The notes beneath the pieces are model-generated. The model searched no databases and was not told the origin of the DNA. It was given only the letters and a program-made list of their open reading frames with translations. Made by a program: the position numbers and the translations under genes. From IMG/VR virus record IMGVR_UViG_3300025158_000005: DNA of 64,000 nt; one strand, 5' to 3'. The stretch comes from a virus. Shown here in pieces: positions 10,738 to 19,741 of this stretch (positions are counted from its first letter, which is position 1; each line of letters starts with the position of its first letter).

Positions 10738-11747
10738 GCACTCTGAGTCAGTTTTTTAGTGGCGGCGCATCTGCTATATTGACACATGCCATTATCGGAA
10801 TTAGCAGGACTTATGTAGTTCCCGCGACTGGAAAGTATGTTGCTATAGTTTTGGGCGCAGGCGGTTCAGGCGCTCTTGCATATTACCCAGGTAGCGCTTC
10901 TGCAAGTGGTGGCTCTGCTGGTGGATTAGGAGTAAAGCTATTATCTCTTACTGCTGGTGCATCGCTAACAGCTACAATTGGCGCAGGTAGCGCAGGAAGG
11001 GCGGCATCAGCACAAAATGGCGGCGCAGGAGGAGCAACAACACTAGCAGGTTCTGGATTTTCAACAGTGACTGCATATGGCGGCGCAGGAGGATTGTATG
11101 CAGTATCAGCGGGAGTAGCAGGAGTTGCTGGCGGCGGAATTCTAAATTGTGATTTTGGGTTTACTGGCGGCTCTAGCGGATCGTGTTCGTGGACTAATGG
11201 AGGAGGGGCGGCAACTGGAGGAGGGGCGGTAAATATAGGATATAACACTGTTTCTGGCAATGCTACGGTTGTAAGTTCTAGTACCCATGCTGCGTCTGGC
11301 GGTGCTGGCATGGGCGGTTCTAGCGGTAACGTAGTTCTCACTGGCAGCTCTCAAAAAGGTGCATCAGGAGGAGGAGGAACTCATCCGGTATATGGCACTA
11401 GTGGTCAGGTAATCGGCGGGGCAACATCAGCTGGTGGACTTCCTATGTGTACTAATGATTCTGTCTATTATCCTCCTTGGTTAATGTTTCCCGGAATTGC
11501 TGTCGGCGCAGGAGGAGATGGAATGAGTACAGCCACCATCACTCCCGGAGGTATTGGCGCAGGAAGCGGAGGTATAGCTAACAACGGCGCCCTCGGCGGC
11601 GGCGGAGGTGGTTTATCCGCATCTAAATCAAACAACGCTGCCTCTGCTGGCAATGGTGGGCTAGGAGCAGGCGGCGGCGGTGACACCGCTTATAACTATT
11701 CAGGCGCTGGTGGCAATGGGTTAATTATTATCTATAGGATTGCATGA
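10734..11747 (+). CDS. Glycine-rich adhesin/receptor-binding protein
   Basis: MSTLSQFFSGG start, many GGxGG repeats, GAGGNGLIII end. Confidence 0.7.
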   Translation: MSTLSQFFSGGASAILTHAIIGISRTYVVPATGKYVAIVLGAGGSGALAYYPGSASASGGSAGGLGVKLLSLTAGASLTATIGAGSAGRAASAQNGGAGGATTLAGSGFSTVTAYGGAGGLYAVSAGVAGVAGGGILNCDFGFTGGSSGSCSWTNGGGAATGGGAVNIGYNTVSGNATVVSSSTHAASGGAGMGGSSGNVVLTGSSQKGASGGGGTHPVYGTSGQVIGGATSAGGLPMCTNDSVYYPPWLMFPGIAVGAGGDGMSTATITPGGIGAGSGGIANNGALGGGGGGLSASKSNNAASAGNGGLGAGGGGDTAYNYSGAGGNGLIIIYRIA

Positions 11748-12115
11748 TGAGATATAACATATTAGATAACACAGGAAATGTTATCAACAGTATTATTGCT
11801 GATCAGTCTTTTGTTGACTCTGCCTATCCGGGAAAGTATGAACTAGTAGAAACTTTCCCCCAACCGGCAAGCATAGTTCCACCAAAAACTGCCTTCACTC
11901 ATCTTGAGATCATGGCCCGATTCACCATGGAAGAACTAGCATCCATATATACCGCAGCAAAAACAACTGCTGACGTAGAAGTTTGGCTAGACATGTTTAA
12001 ACTTGCTCAAGAAATAAATGTGACCGATCCGCAGACTATCTCTGGATTGAATTCTCTTGAAGCTGCCGGATTGCTTGCGTCAGGGCGTGCTGCTCAGATT
12101 CTTGCGACAGCATAA
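11744..12115 (+). CDS. Putative tail-fibre assembly chaperone
   Basis: RFTMEE...DPQT..GL..L...GLL..GRAAQIL pattern, directly after the adhesin. Confidence 0.6.
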   Translation: MMRYNILDNTGNVINSIIADQSFVDSAYPGKYELVETFPQPASIVPPKTAFTHLEIMARFTMEELASIYTAAKTTADVEVWLDMFKLAQEINVTDPQTISGLNSLEAAGLLASGRAAQILATA

Positions 12116-12146
12116 ATAATTGTAATATTAACAACATCTTATTCAT

Positions 12147-12755
12147 ATGGCTAACGAACAACCTGCACTTGATTATGTGATTGATCGTATGGACAAAATT
12201 GAATCTCGCCTTGAACGATTCATCGAAGAAAACACCAAGAGACTCAATACCCTGATTGAATTGACTCGTCATATGTCCGCCATGAATGAGCGTCAACAAC
12301 GACATTCGGATGATATCTCTGACATGAAAGCACGACTAGCTCAGATCGAAACCGATTCAAATGCGTCAGTTGTAAGGATAAATACACGGGTTGATGATAT
12401 CGCCAAGGAATTCGGTAAGGATATGGATGTGATGAAGACTTCCATGATCGAAAAGATGGCTAAGGTATCTGCTGAATGTGAGACTAAACAAAACAAGATT
12501 ATACATGATTGTGATAGTAAATTTGCTACTGCCAATATGAAAAATACAGCAACCGAGAATGAATTAACAAAGTGGTTGAATCGTGGTTTTGGTGCATGGT
12601 TTGTTCTTGCCGCAATCGCAGGTGGGGTTGAGTGGTATATCAAGATATCCATGGATGAACACCATTCCTTGATCACAGAACTTCAACAATCAAATTCTCA
12701 ACTAAGGCAGGCTGTAGATCGCTCAACAATCGCCATCGACAAACAGTCAAAATAA
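12147..12755 (+). CDS. Coiled-coil protein with one transmembrane segment (possible holin-like)
   Basis: Heptad-rich sequence; hydrophobic GFGAWFVLAAIAGGV; late promoter CATAAATA upstream. Confidence 0.45.
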   Translation: MANEQPALDYVIDRMDKIESRLERFIEENTKRLNTLIELTRHMSAMNERQQRHSDDISDMKARLAQIETDSNASVVRINTRVDDIAKEFGKDMDVMKTSMIEKMAKVSAECETKQNKIIHDCDSKFATANMKNTATENELTKWLNRGFGAWFVLAAIAGGVEWYIKISMDEHHSLITELQQSNSQLRQAVDRSTIAIDKQSK

Positions 12756-12818
12756 CACAGTATAAATATGGCGTAACTCATGTTGAGTGACTTTTAACTT
12801 TAAGATGGAGAAAATATT

Positions 12819-13022
12819 ATGACGAATGAAACGCCTCTGATTTGGACAACCAAGGGCAATTTGCCTGTTGAGAGTTTGGAATATTCCGCACAATGGTATG
12901 AGACCTCTGATTTTATCAAATTGGTCGAAACCTATGTTTTGGAAGGTGAAGTAGTGAAACAAAACGCACACATCAAGCTAAAAGAGGGTGCTAGTACTAA
13001 CGCGATTCAAGGTGGGTTTTGA
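12819..13022 (+). CDS. Small conserved phage protein (LIWTTKGNLP)
   Basis: GGAGA RBS and TATAAATA promoter at about 12761. Confidence 0.6.
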   Translation: MTNETPLIWTTKGNLPVESLEYSAQWYETSDFIKLVETYVLEGEVVKQNAHIKLKEGASTNAIQGGF

Positions 13023-13055
13023 TCCTACTAATCTAAATTTTAAGGAGATTTAAAC

Positions 13056-13532
13056 ATGGCTAATGTCCAAGGTATTTGTAATTCATTCAAGTCAGAATGT
13101 CTATCTGGTATTCATGCACTCGGCACTACAGTAACTCGTGGTGCCACAACGGCTGATGACGTCATGGCAGCACTTTATCTGACTACGGCTAACATCAGTG
13201 CAACCAAGGCAACCTATGGTGGTACTGTTGGTTCAGTTGCTGATACTGGTGAGGTTAGTGGAACTGGTTACACGGCTGGTGGTGTAGTTGTTACTAACGC
13301 AACGCCGCCTTCGATTTCAGGCACGACTGCAATCTGGACACCTTCCGCTTCAATTGTTTATTCGTCTGTTACTCTGGCAACTTCGTTTGATTGTGTGTTG
13401 TTGTTCAATTCAACCCAAGGAAACAAGGCAATCGCATTATATACCTTCGGCGCTCAGAGGGTGACTGCTGGTACGTTGACGCTGACGATGCCTACCAATG
13501 ACGCATCTAACGCTCTGCTACGTCTTGCCTAA
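13056..13532 (+). CDS. Virion structural protein (CNSFK family)
   Basis: AAGGAG RBS; EVSGTGYTAGG motif. Confidence 0.65.
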   Translation: MANVQGICNSFKSECLSGIHALGTTVTRGATTADDVMAALYLTTANISATKATYGGTVGSVADTGEVSGTGYTAGGVVVTNATPPSISGTTAIWTPSASIVYSSVTLATSFDCVLLFNSTQGNKAIALYTFGAQRVTAGTLTLTMPTNDASNALLRLA

Positions 13533-13535
13533 TAC

Positions 13536-14156
13536 ATGGCAATCGTAACACATGCATCAAAAGCGGCTGCGCTAACTTATGCGGAGATGGATAACAACTT
13601 CGCAGAGTTAGACGACCGTACTGCAACTAAGTGGCAAAACCTTCGTGCTCAGATTGATGTTTCTGGCACAACAACGCCCCCACTAAAAACTTCATACAAG
13701 GGTGCATTCCAGATAAACACGTTCGATGCTAACTCGGTACAGGAATGTACTGCGTTGTTCCATATGCCCCGTGATTTCGTGATTGGTTCAGATTTTTATC
13801 CTCATGGGCATATACTTCAACTAACTGCCAACTCGGGCACGGTTAGATGGGGATTCGATTTCATCTGGGCTAATGAGTTTGGTGATGGGGATTTGGGTGT
13901 TACTTCTGATATGAAGTTTAGTTCGATCATGACAACGTATGTTGAGGTCGCTCTCGACGGAACGACTCAGGATGTAAATTTGGTGGCAGAGACAACAACA
14001 CCGATGAATATTCCAAATATGGGACCAGATGCCGTTATCATGTTGAGAGTATTCCGAGATGCGGGTCATCCAAACGATACATACCCTGACCCGATTGGTC
14101 TGTTGTTTATTGACGCATATTATCAATCTCAGGGATTTGGAACGGCGGAGAGATAA
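13536..14156 (+). CDS. Virion protein with an LTYAEMDNNF attachment motif
   Basis: N-terminus paralogous to 8..376; beta-rich C-terminal domain. Confidence 0.6.
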   Translation: MAIVTHASKAAALTYAEMDNNFAELDDRTATKWQNLRAQIDVSGTTTPPLKTSYKGAFQINTFDANSVQECTALFHMPRDFVIGSDFYPHGHILQLTANSGTVRWGFDFIWANEFGDGDLGVTSDMKFSSIMTTYVEVALDGTTQDVNLVAETTTPMNIPNMGPDAVIMLRVFRDAGHPNDTYPDPIGLLFIDAYYQSQGFGTAER

Positions 14157-14872
14157 TACCATACATAGTTGATAGAGTATCAGACACCACAACGAGCACC
14201 GGAACTGGTCCTATTACGTTAAACAACACCCCACCAGATGCGACGTTTCAGACGTTCGCTGCGGGTTTCGGAACTGGTGTTCGGAAGGTTTCTTATTGTA
14301 TCGTAGATGCAACCAACGTAGCGACAGTGTTAAGATTATACATCAACAACGGCTCTGGTCGAATGTCTTCTGTCATTTCTCCTGTTTCAGGTACGCCAAC
14401 TGGCACTCCGTCTAGAAGTGGTGAAACACTTCTAGCCCAATCATATTTCGCAAAAATTGTTGCTTATGACCAGTTTGATGCTCCAACAACAGTATCTACA
14501 GAAACTGCTGCTGTGACTACAACCGGAACAACAAGTTCAATTGTATGGAACTGGACTGATGCCACGGGCGCCGCTTCCTATCGTATTTACGTTGGTAACA
14601 CAACAGGTGGACAACACACATACTTCTCCGCGACAACTAACACTTTTACCCAAACTGCTGCAGTGGGTACTCGCAACTCATTATCTGGATCACTGTTAAA
14701 TAATTTGTTCTTCGGTGAAATATCTCTCCCTGCTACGACAGCAACGACCTCAACTGTTGATGTTGAGTATCCTATTAATATGGCATTACCTCCCGGATAT
14801 CGTATTATTGACGGATTCGGCACGACAGTTGCTGCTGGTTGGTTTATTACTGCATATGGTGGCGACTATTAA
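14156..14872 (+). CDS. Chimeric structural protein; frame open from an ATA codon at 14156
   Basis: The frame is open 57 codons upstream of the listed 14327 start: (I)PYIVDRVSDTTTSTGTGPITL...YCIVDA then TNVATVLRLYINNG. Confidence 0.5.
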   Translation: MPYIVDRVSDTTTSTGTGPITLNNTPPDATFQTFAAGFGTGVRKVSYCIVDATNVATVLRLYINNGSGRMSSVISPVSGTPTGTPSRSGETLLAQSYFAKIVAYDQFDAPTTVSTETAAVTTTGTTSSIVWNWTDATGAASYRIYVGNTTGGQHTYFSATTNTFTQTAAVGTRNSLSGSLLNNLFFGEISLPATTATTSTVDVEYPINMALPPGYRIIDGFGTTVAAGWFITAYGGDY

Positions 14873-15069
14873 TGCTTGTTATCTGCAATCTTCCATCAAA
14901 CATAAATGCTGATCAACAGTTCTTCGGAGCAAACTCCGCTGCTGCTGGTGTGTTGGCATACATGGAAGAAGCCGCTGGAGGCGGCGGAACTGGTGGATCA
15001 GATACTGGCTCCGTTGCTTATCCAGCAGGTAACGGCGGCGTTGGTATCATAATAGCAACTTCATGGTAA
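14872..15069 (+). pseudogene. Internally deleted Gly-rich adhesin
   Basis: The start and the GNGGVGIIIATSW end are retained, but the ORF is only 65 aa. A WHTWKKP motif lies out of frame near 14954. Confidence 0.55.
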
Positions 15070-15079
15070 AAGAGAAAAT

Positions 15080-15499
15080 ATGATTTTATATGATTTTTCA
15101 AGTAAACAATGGTGCCTAAGACAGACTGATCCGTCTGAATGGACCTTGCAAGATGCAATCGCACATATACTCACGATGATTAATCAGTTTGCATATGATT
15201 TGAGGGACTTTTATTGCTCTACAGCATCTCCATATGAAGCATCTTCATGGTCATTAAAGAAAAATGAAGCAAACGGATTCTCAATTGGAAATCCTACACC
15301 AATGTTAGATATTGAAGCACAAGCGAGGGGTGTTACTACGGCTGATTTGGCTTCCAAGATTCTAGCAAAAGCGACTGCACTAGCACAACTTGAAGCAGTT
15401 ATCTCCGGCACATGTGGAAGGCATCAGGATATAGTATCACAACTGACAGACATAAGTAGTGTATTAGACTACGATTGGTCAGTTGGCTGGCCCATCTAA
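15080..15499 (+). CDS. Putative tail-fibre assembly chaperone
   Basis: E..SW..K..EA...TPML..EA.ARG.T..DLA.KIL.KA pattern. Confidence 0.6.
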   Translation: MILYDFSSKQWCLRQTDPSEWTLQDAIAHILTMINQFAYDLRDFYCSTASPYEASSWSLKKNEANGFSIGNPTPMLDIEAQARGVTTADLASKILAKATALAQLEAVISGTCGRHQDIVSQLTDISSVLDYDWSVGWPI

Positions 15500-15508
15500 G
15501 GAGCTTAG

Positions 15509-17611
15509 ATGCCTTCCAAATCAGTACCCCCAGGAAAGCGAAAAAGAGGCGTAACTGTTTCACTTACTGGTGTTGTATCTACGTTTGCTGCTGGCGCACT
15601 TGCTCTAGGTCTGGCGCTAGGTGTTGTTGGTTCATCAGAAAATGCTTATGCAGGGACGATTACTGCATCTGCTGCAACTAACATATCAGTAGCACTCACT
15701 GGTCAACAAAAGACATTCTCGGCTGGTTCTATCCTAGCCAATCGATCTGTTTCAGCAACGGGTCTGCAAGCTACATCTTCATCGGGAACAATCACACCAT
15801 CAACATCAGTTGGTGTGATCGGTCAAGCATTATCAGGATCGTTCGGCTCAACATCAGTTAACGATTCTCTTGCCCTACTTGGGCAATCTCTTACGACCAA
15901 CTATGGCTCACTTACTCCGTCTGCCGACTTCGGTATAACTGGTTATCAGAGTACATTCACCGCAGGCACATTGTCTGCAAGCACGGTTTCAAACGTCACG
16001 ATTAGTATCAGTGGTTCTTTACTTACGTCATACACCGGTAACGTAAGCACCTCTCAAGCTGATTACGCTGCGATCACTGGAACATCTTCGACGTTCCCGT
16101 ATGGTAATGTTGTTGCAACTACCACACTACCATTGCTTGGTCAACAGGTTGTATCAAATTCAGGCACAATTGTACGCAAATTGGATACAACTGTAACGGG
16201 TTACCAAAGTACCTTTGCTGCTGGTACTCCAACAGTTTCAAGTAGTTCAACGGTTGGTCTGACTGGGCAATCTACCTCATTTAATCAGGGAAACCTTGGT
16301 ATAACTGAGTCTGATAACGTAACGCTGGCTGGGCAGGCATTAAGTTCATATGTTGGTAACATTACACCGAGCAATACATTAGGATTAAGTGGTCAATCAA
16401 ACACAATTTCTAGTGGCAGTCTAACTAGAAACGTATCTGTTGGATTAACTGGTTATCAGAGTACGTTTGCCGCTGGGTCAACAATTGCGACTTCTGCAAC
16501 AAATATTGATCTAACGGGTAAATCATTCACGTCATCAACAGGTTCCGTTGGTGCATTTGCTCAAGATTACGCCCAACTAAACGGGCAATCGATCACAACA
16601 ACAAGTGGCAACGTAACGGCTGGAATGGCTGTTGGTGTTACTGGGCAGTCTGTATCGATCATGACAGGTAACGTCGGGCCGAATGATTCGGATGCCCTAA
16701 GTGGTATTGCGCTAACATCTTCTGCGGGTAATCTAGTTGCAATCGTAAGTACCACCGCTAATCTTTCTGGTCAATCTACATCGTTTGGAACTGGTTCGAT
16801 TGGTGCGACCGTCGTTGACAATATCTCCTTAGCGGGGCAACAATCGACGTTCAGCACAGGATCGATTGATAAGGGTGTCTCGATTACACTAATGGGAGCA
16901 GGTATTGTTTCCACGACAGGCGCCGCGAATGCTACCGTTAGAACTACCCTTACTGGCTCACAAATCTCGGCCAGCCAAGGTAATTTTGTAAGTCAAAATG
17001 TTACTGTTGGTCTATCTGGCGCTCAGTCTAGTTTTGCCGCTGGGAACATCAAGGAATTCGATCAGGATTATCTAACTGGTTCTAGCATGACCGCTAGTAC
17101 CGGCACAATCACGACCGGTATTAGTTGTGTAATCGGTTTGACTGGATCACAAGCAACCACTAGTACCGGAACGCTGTGGCAATCACTGTCTGCATTCCAA
17201 GACTACTGTTGGGAAGGTTACTTTGTTACGGGTTACGTATCCGGAACTCAAGTGGCGATGCCTAACGGATTGACTGCGACACAAGACGCATGGCTGGAAG
17301 CAATCGCACGTATTCATGGTGCGGTTGATGGTTATACGATTACGACAACAGATACAACTAGAAGCGATGGCGTATTAACTCAGAGCATCATAACCACAGA
17401 TACCTACACCACGCTTGCCCCGATTACGTTACCAGCAGGAACATCATCAATCACGGGCATTACTCCAAGACAACTTCAATTGCTTGAATCCTTAGCCCGT
17501 GTTCATGGGCTGATCGATCCTTTGACCACGTCAATGACGACCAGAAGCGATGGTGTCTTGAATCAGAGCATCACTTCGACCGACGTTGTCTTCACGATAA
17601 CCAAAGTATGA
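15509..17611 (+). CDS. Repeat-rich (about 19-20 aa, VxLTGxxxTxxxG) structural fibre-like protein
   Basis: Many LTG/LSG/LAG repeats; duplicated C-terminal LE.(I/L)AR(I/V)HG...TTRSDGVL.QSI unit. Confidence 0.65.
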   Translation: MPSKSVPPGKRKRGVTVSLTGVVSTFAAGALALGLALGVVGSSENAYAGTITASAATNISVALTGQQKTFSAGSILANRSVSATGLQATSSSGTITPSTSVGVIGQALSGSFGSTSVNDSLALLGQSLTTNYGSLTPSADFGITGYQSTFTAGTLSASTVSNVTISISGSLLTSYTGNVSTSQADYAAITGTSSTFPYGNVVATTTLPLLGQQVVSNSGTIVRKLDTTVTGYQSTFAAGTPTVSSSSTVGLTGQSTSFNQGNLGITESDNVTLAGQALSSYVGNITPSNTLGLSGQSNTISSGSLTRNVSVGLTGYQSTFAAGSTIATSATNIDLTGKSFTSSTGSVGAFAQDYAQLNGQSITTTSGNVTAGMAVGVTGQSVSIMTGNVGPNDSDALSGIALTSSAGNLVAIVSTTANLSGQSTSFGTGSIGATVVDNISLAGQQSTFSTGSIDKGVSITLMGAGIVSTTGAANATVRTTLTGSQISASQGNFVSQNVTVGLSGAQSSFAAGNIKEFDQDYLTGSSMTASTGTITTGISCVIGLTGSQATTSTGTLWQSLSAFQDYCWEGYFVTGYVSGTQVAMPNGLTATQDAWLEAIARIHGAVDGYTITTTDTTRSDGVLTQSIITTDTYTTLAPITLPAGTSSITGITPRQLQLLESLARVHGLIDPLTTSMTTRSDGVLNQSITSTDVVFTITKV

Positions 17612-17976
17612 ATTTCAAACGTTTCGCCCTGATGGGAATGTTCCCTAAAGCCAATCCACTGAATATCTCAATGATGGGATATCACGTTGTCATTAGTATC
17701 GTTCCTGTTGCCCGTGGCGGCGGAGCAATGGGTCCGTCTAGAATACCCTATGACGAACAGACATATAAGATCGTCGTGGTAATATCTAGAAAAGGTAAAA
17801 CGTGGAGAGAAGAACGAGAATTAAGTTATCTCCAATTGAAATCTCTTGAAAAGGTTGTTGCTGCATACAAAGGAATGACAACTTTTGTTAACAAAATCAA
17901 AGTACAAGCGACACATCTTGGATATACGATTCTAGAATCACTTCGTATAAATATAAGATCAAAGAACAAGGAATGA
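17608..17976 (+). CDS. Hypothetical basic protein
   Basis: Coupled ORF of 122 aa. Confidence 0.55.
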   Translation: MNFKRFALMGMFPKANPLNISMMGYHVVISIVPVARGGGAMGPSRIPYDEQTYKIVVVISRKGKTWREERELSYLQLKSLEKVVAAYKGMTTFVNKIKVQATHLGYTILESLRINIRSKNKE

Positions 17977-17980
17977 CATA

Positions 17981-18526
17981 ATGATTTTAGCAAACTTGAA
18001 ACTGGATGAAGAATCCGAACTTGAATTTTCGATGGATATCTTCGGCACAAGTTCGGCTGCATCTGATACCCGATTAGTGATTGAAGGAAAAGACTTCGAT
18101 ATTGTCTGCCATGGTACATACGCAAACGGTAATCTGAAAGTCAAAATTCCTAAGCTGAAAGGCATCATTGAGTCCGGGCAACATGAATGCAAGATCGAAT
18201 GTCTTATTGATGGCAAGATTTTCTCTCCACTGAATGAATCGATTGAGTTTGAACCTCTCGTAGAATTCGACGTGAAGAAGACCAAGGCTGCTATCATGAA
18301 GGAAGAAGTGAAAGTTTCTCCCGTTAAGGTAACCACCAGAACCACAGAGAAGAATAAGATTGAAGAAGCATTCGCTGCCGGTTATACCATTGCAGAATAT
18401 GCCGGTTATAACGTGCTCAAGAAGAATGACAAGTATCTTGGATTCGTGACAGAATCGAAGATGGTTCTAGCTGACGACACATACGACTCTATCGCCGAAC
18501 TAGTTGATGCTCTAGGAAGTAAGTAG
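17981..18526 (+). CDS. Hypothetical protein
   Basis: 181-aa ORF with AAGGA RBS. Confidence 0.65.
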   Translation: MILANLKLDEESELEFSMDIFGTSSAASDTRLVIEGKDFDIVCHGTYANGNLKVKIPKLKGIIESGQHECKIECLIDGKIFSPLNESIEFEPLVEFDVKKTKAAIMKEEVKVSPVKVTTRTTEKNKIEEAFAAGYTIAEYAGYNVLKKNDKYLGFVTESKMVLADDTYDSIAELVDALGSK

Positions 18527-18527
18527 T

Positions 18528-18867
18528 ATGACAGATAAGATAAATCAGGGAAACCTTTAGACATACCTTCTTATGGCGTCAAACAGACGGGGTAACTCCT
18601 ATCGATATCTCGAACTATACCGCTAGAATGCAAATTCGAGCTAAGATCGATGATGTCACACCTAAATTGGAATTGAACACTACCAATAATCGAATCACTA
18701 TCGCCAATCCAATTGCTGGCGAAATACAACTTTATATATCAGCAACAGATACCTCAACCATCAACTGGGTGTCTGGCGTATATGATCTTGAATTAGTTTC
18801 CCCGAGTGGTGATGTTACAAGATTGGTAGAAGGAACAGTATCCATTTCTAGAGAAGTTACCAGATGA
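18528..18867 (+). pseudogene. BppU-like virion protein, frameshifted near its start
   Basis: MTDKINQG in one frame, then TFRHTFLW...IDISNYTARMQIR...GVYDLEL...RLVEGTV..SREVTR in the +1 frame. Confidence 0.55.
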
Positions 18868-19161
18868 GAACATATCGACAAGTAGGTCCAGCCGTTGCAA
18901 CAGGAATGAATATTGCTGTTAATGAGATTCTTCGGGGCGGGGGGGTCTACCGCAGCACAAGATTCAATACAAGAACTTCTGCACCAAATGGTAGCATTAA
19001 TGAAAGTAAATAATCATTACTTATACGAACTTATGTCATCATCGAGTTGTAGTTCTAGAGACATTGTTTATAAGTATGATAATGTTGATGTGATTTATAA
19101 GTATAACTCATCTGACATAATAACGAAGCAACAATCCATCAACATTATCATATCTGAGTAA
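18864..19161 (+). pseudogene. ORF interrupted by a G7 tract
   Basis: ATGA-coupled start; G6 instead of G7 at 18939-18945 would join it to the 18913..19161 frame. Confidence 0.5.
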
Positions 19162-19165
19162 TATA

Positions 19166-19723
19166 GTGCCAACATTTCCGAGTTACCCTGACGTAAATGC
19201 CACTTACACCGATTCTTTGACCGGGGTAACGTACAAGTACGACGGTTCGACTTGGTTAGTGCAATATACTGTTGATCCAGTTTTAGTTACACCCACTCCG
19301 ATTCTAACTGACGTTCCGGTTGGACCTGTTACAGGAACCCCATCACACACAACTGTTTTATTAGGTGATGGTACATGGGGAACATATACCACAGGCGGTG
19401 GTACGCTCGATCTTAGCAGCACATTGACAGGATTTAGTTCAATGACTGGCACAGTCACAGCATCAGATTCGATATTGACTGCACTTGAGAAACTTAATGG
19501 TAACGTAAATCAGGTTGTTTTCTCGGCATCAATCAGTTACACACATACGCAGGTGTCAGCACAAAATACATGGACGATTACTCATAACTTGAACAAATAC
19601 CCATCCGTAACCGTTATTGACTCATTCATGAATACTGTAATTGGGGAGATCGTTTATAATAACTCTAATACATTAACAATCACGTTTACTGCATCGTTTT
19701 CTGGCACAGCATATCTAACATAA
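19166..19723 (+). CDS. Virion structural protein
   Basis: FPSYP...YKYDGSTW N-terminus; TWTITHNLNKYPSVTV...FSGTAYL C-terminal domain. Confidence 0.65.
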   Translation: MPTFPSYPDVNATYTDSLTGVTYKYDGSTWLVQYTVDPVLVTPTPILTDVPVGPVTGTPSHTTVLLGDGTWGTYTTGGGTLDLSSTLTGFSSMTGTVTASDSILTALEKLNGNVNQVVFSASISYTHTQVSAQNTWTITHNLNKYPSVTVIDSFMNTVIGEIVYNNSNTLTITFTASFSGTAYLT

Positions 19724-19741
19724 TAAACAGGGAGTAATCTT

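Noticed and set aside
18548-18554. G-GGA-AAC as a -1 slippery site
   Set aside because: The -1 frame soon stops; the conserved protein is in the +1 frame.
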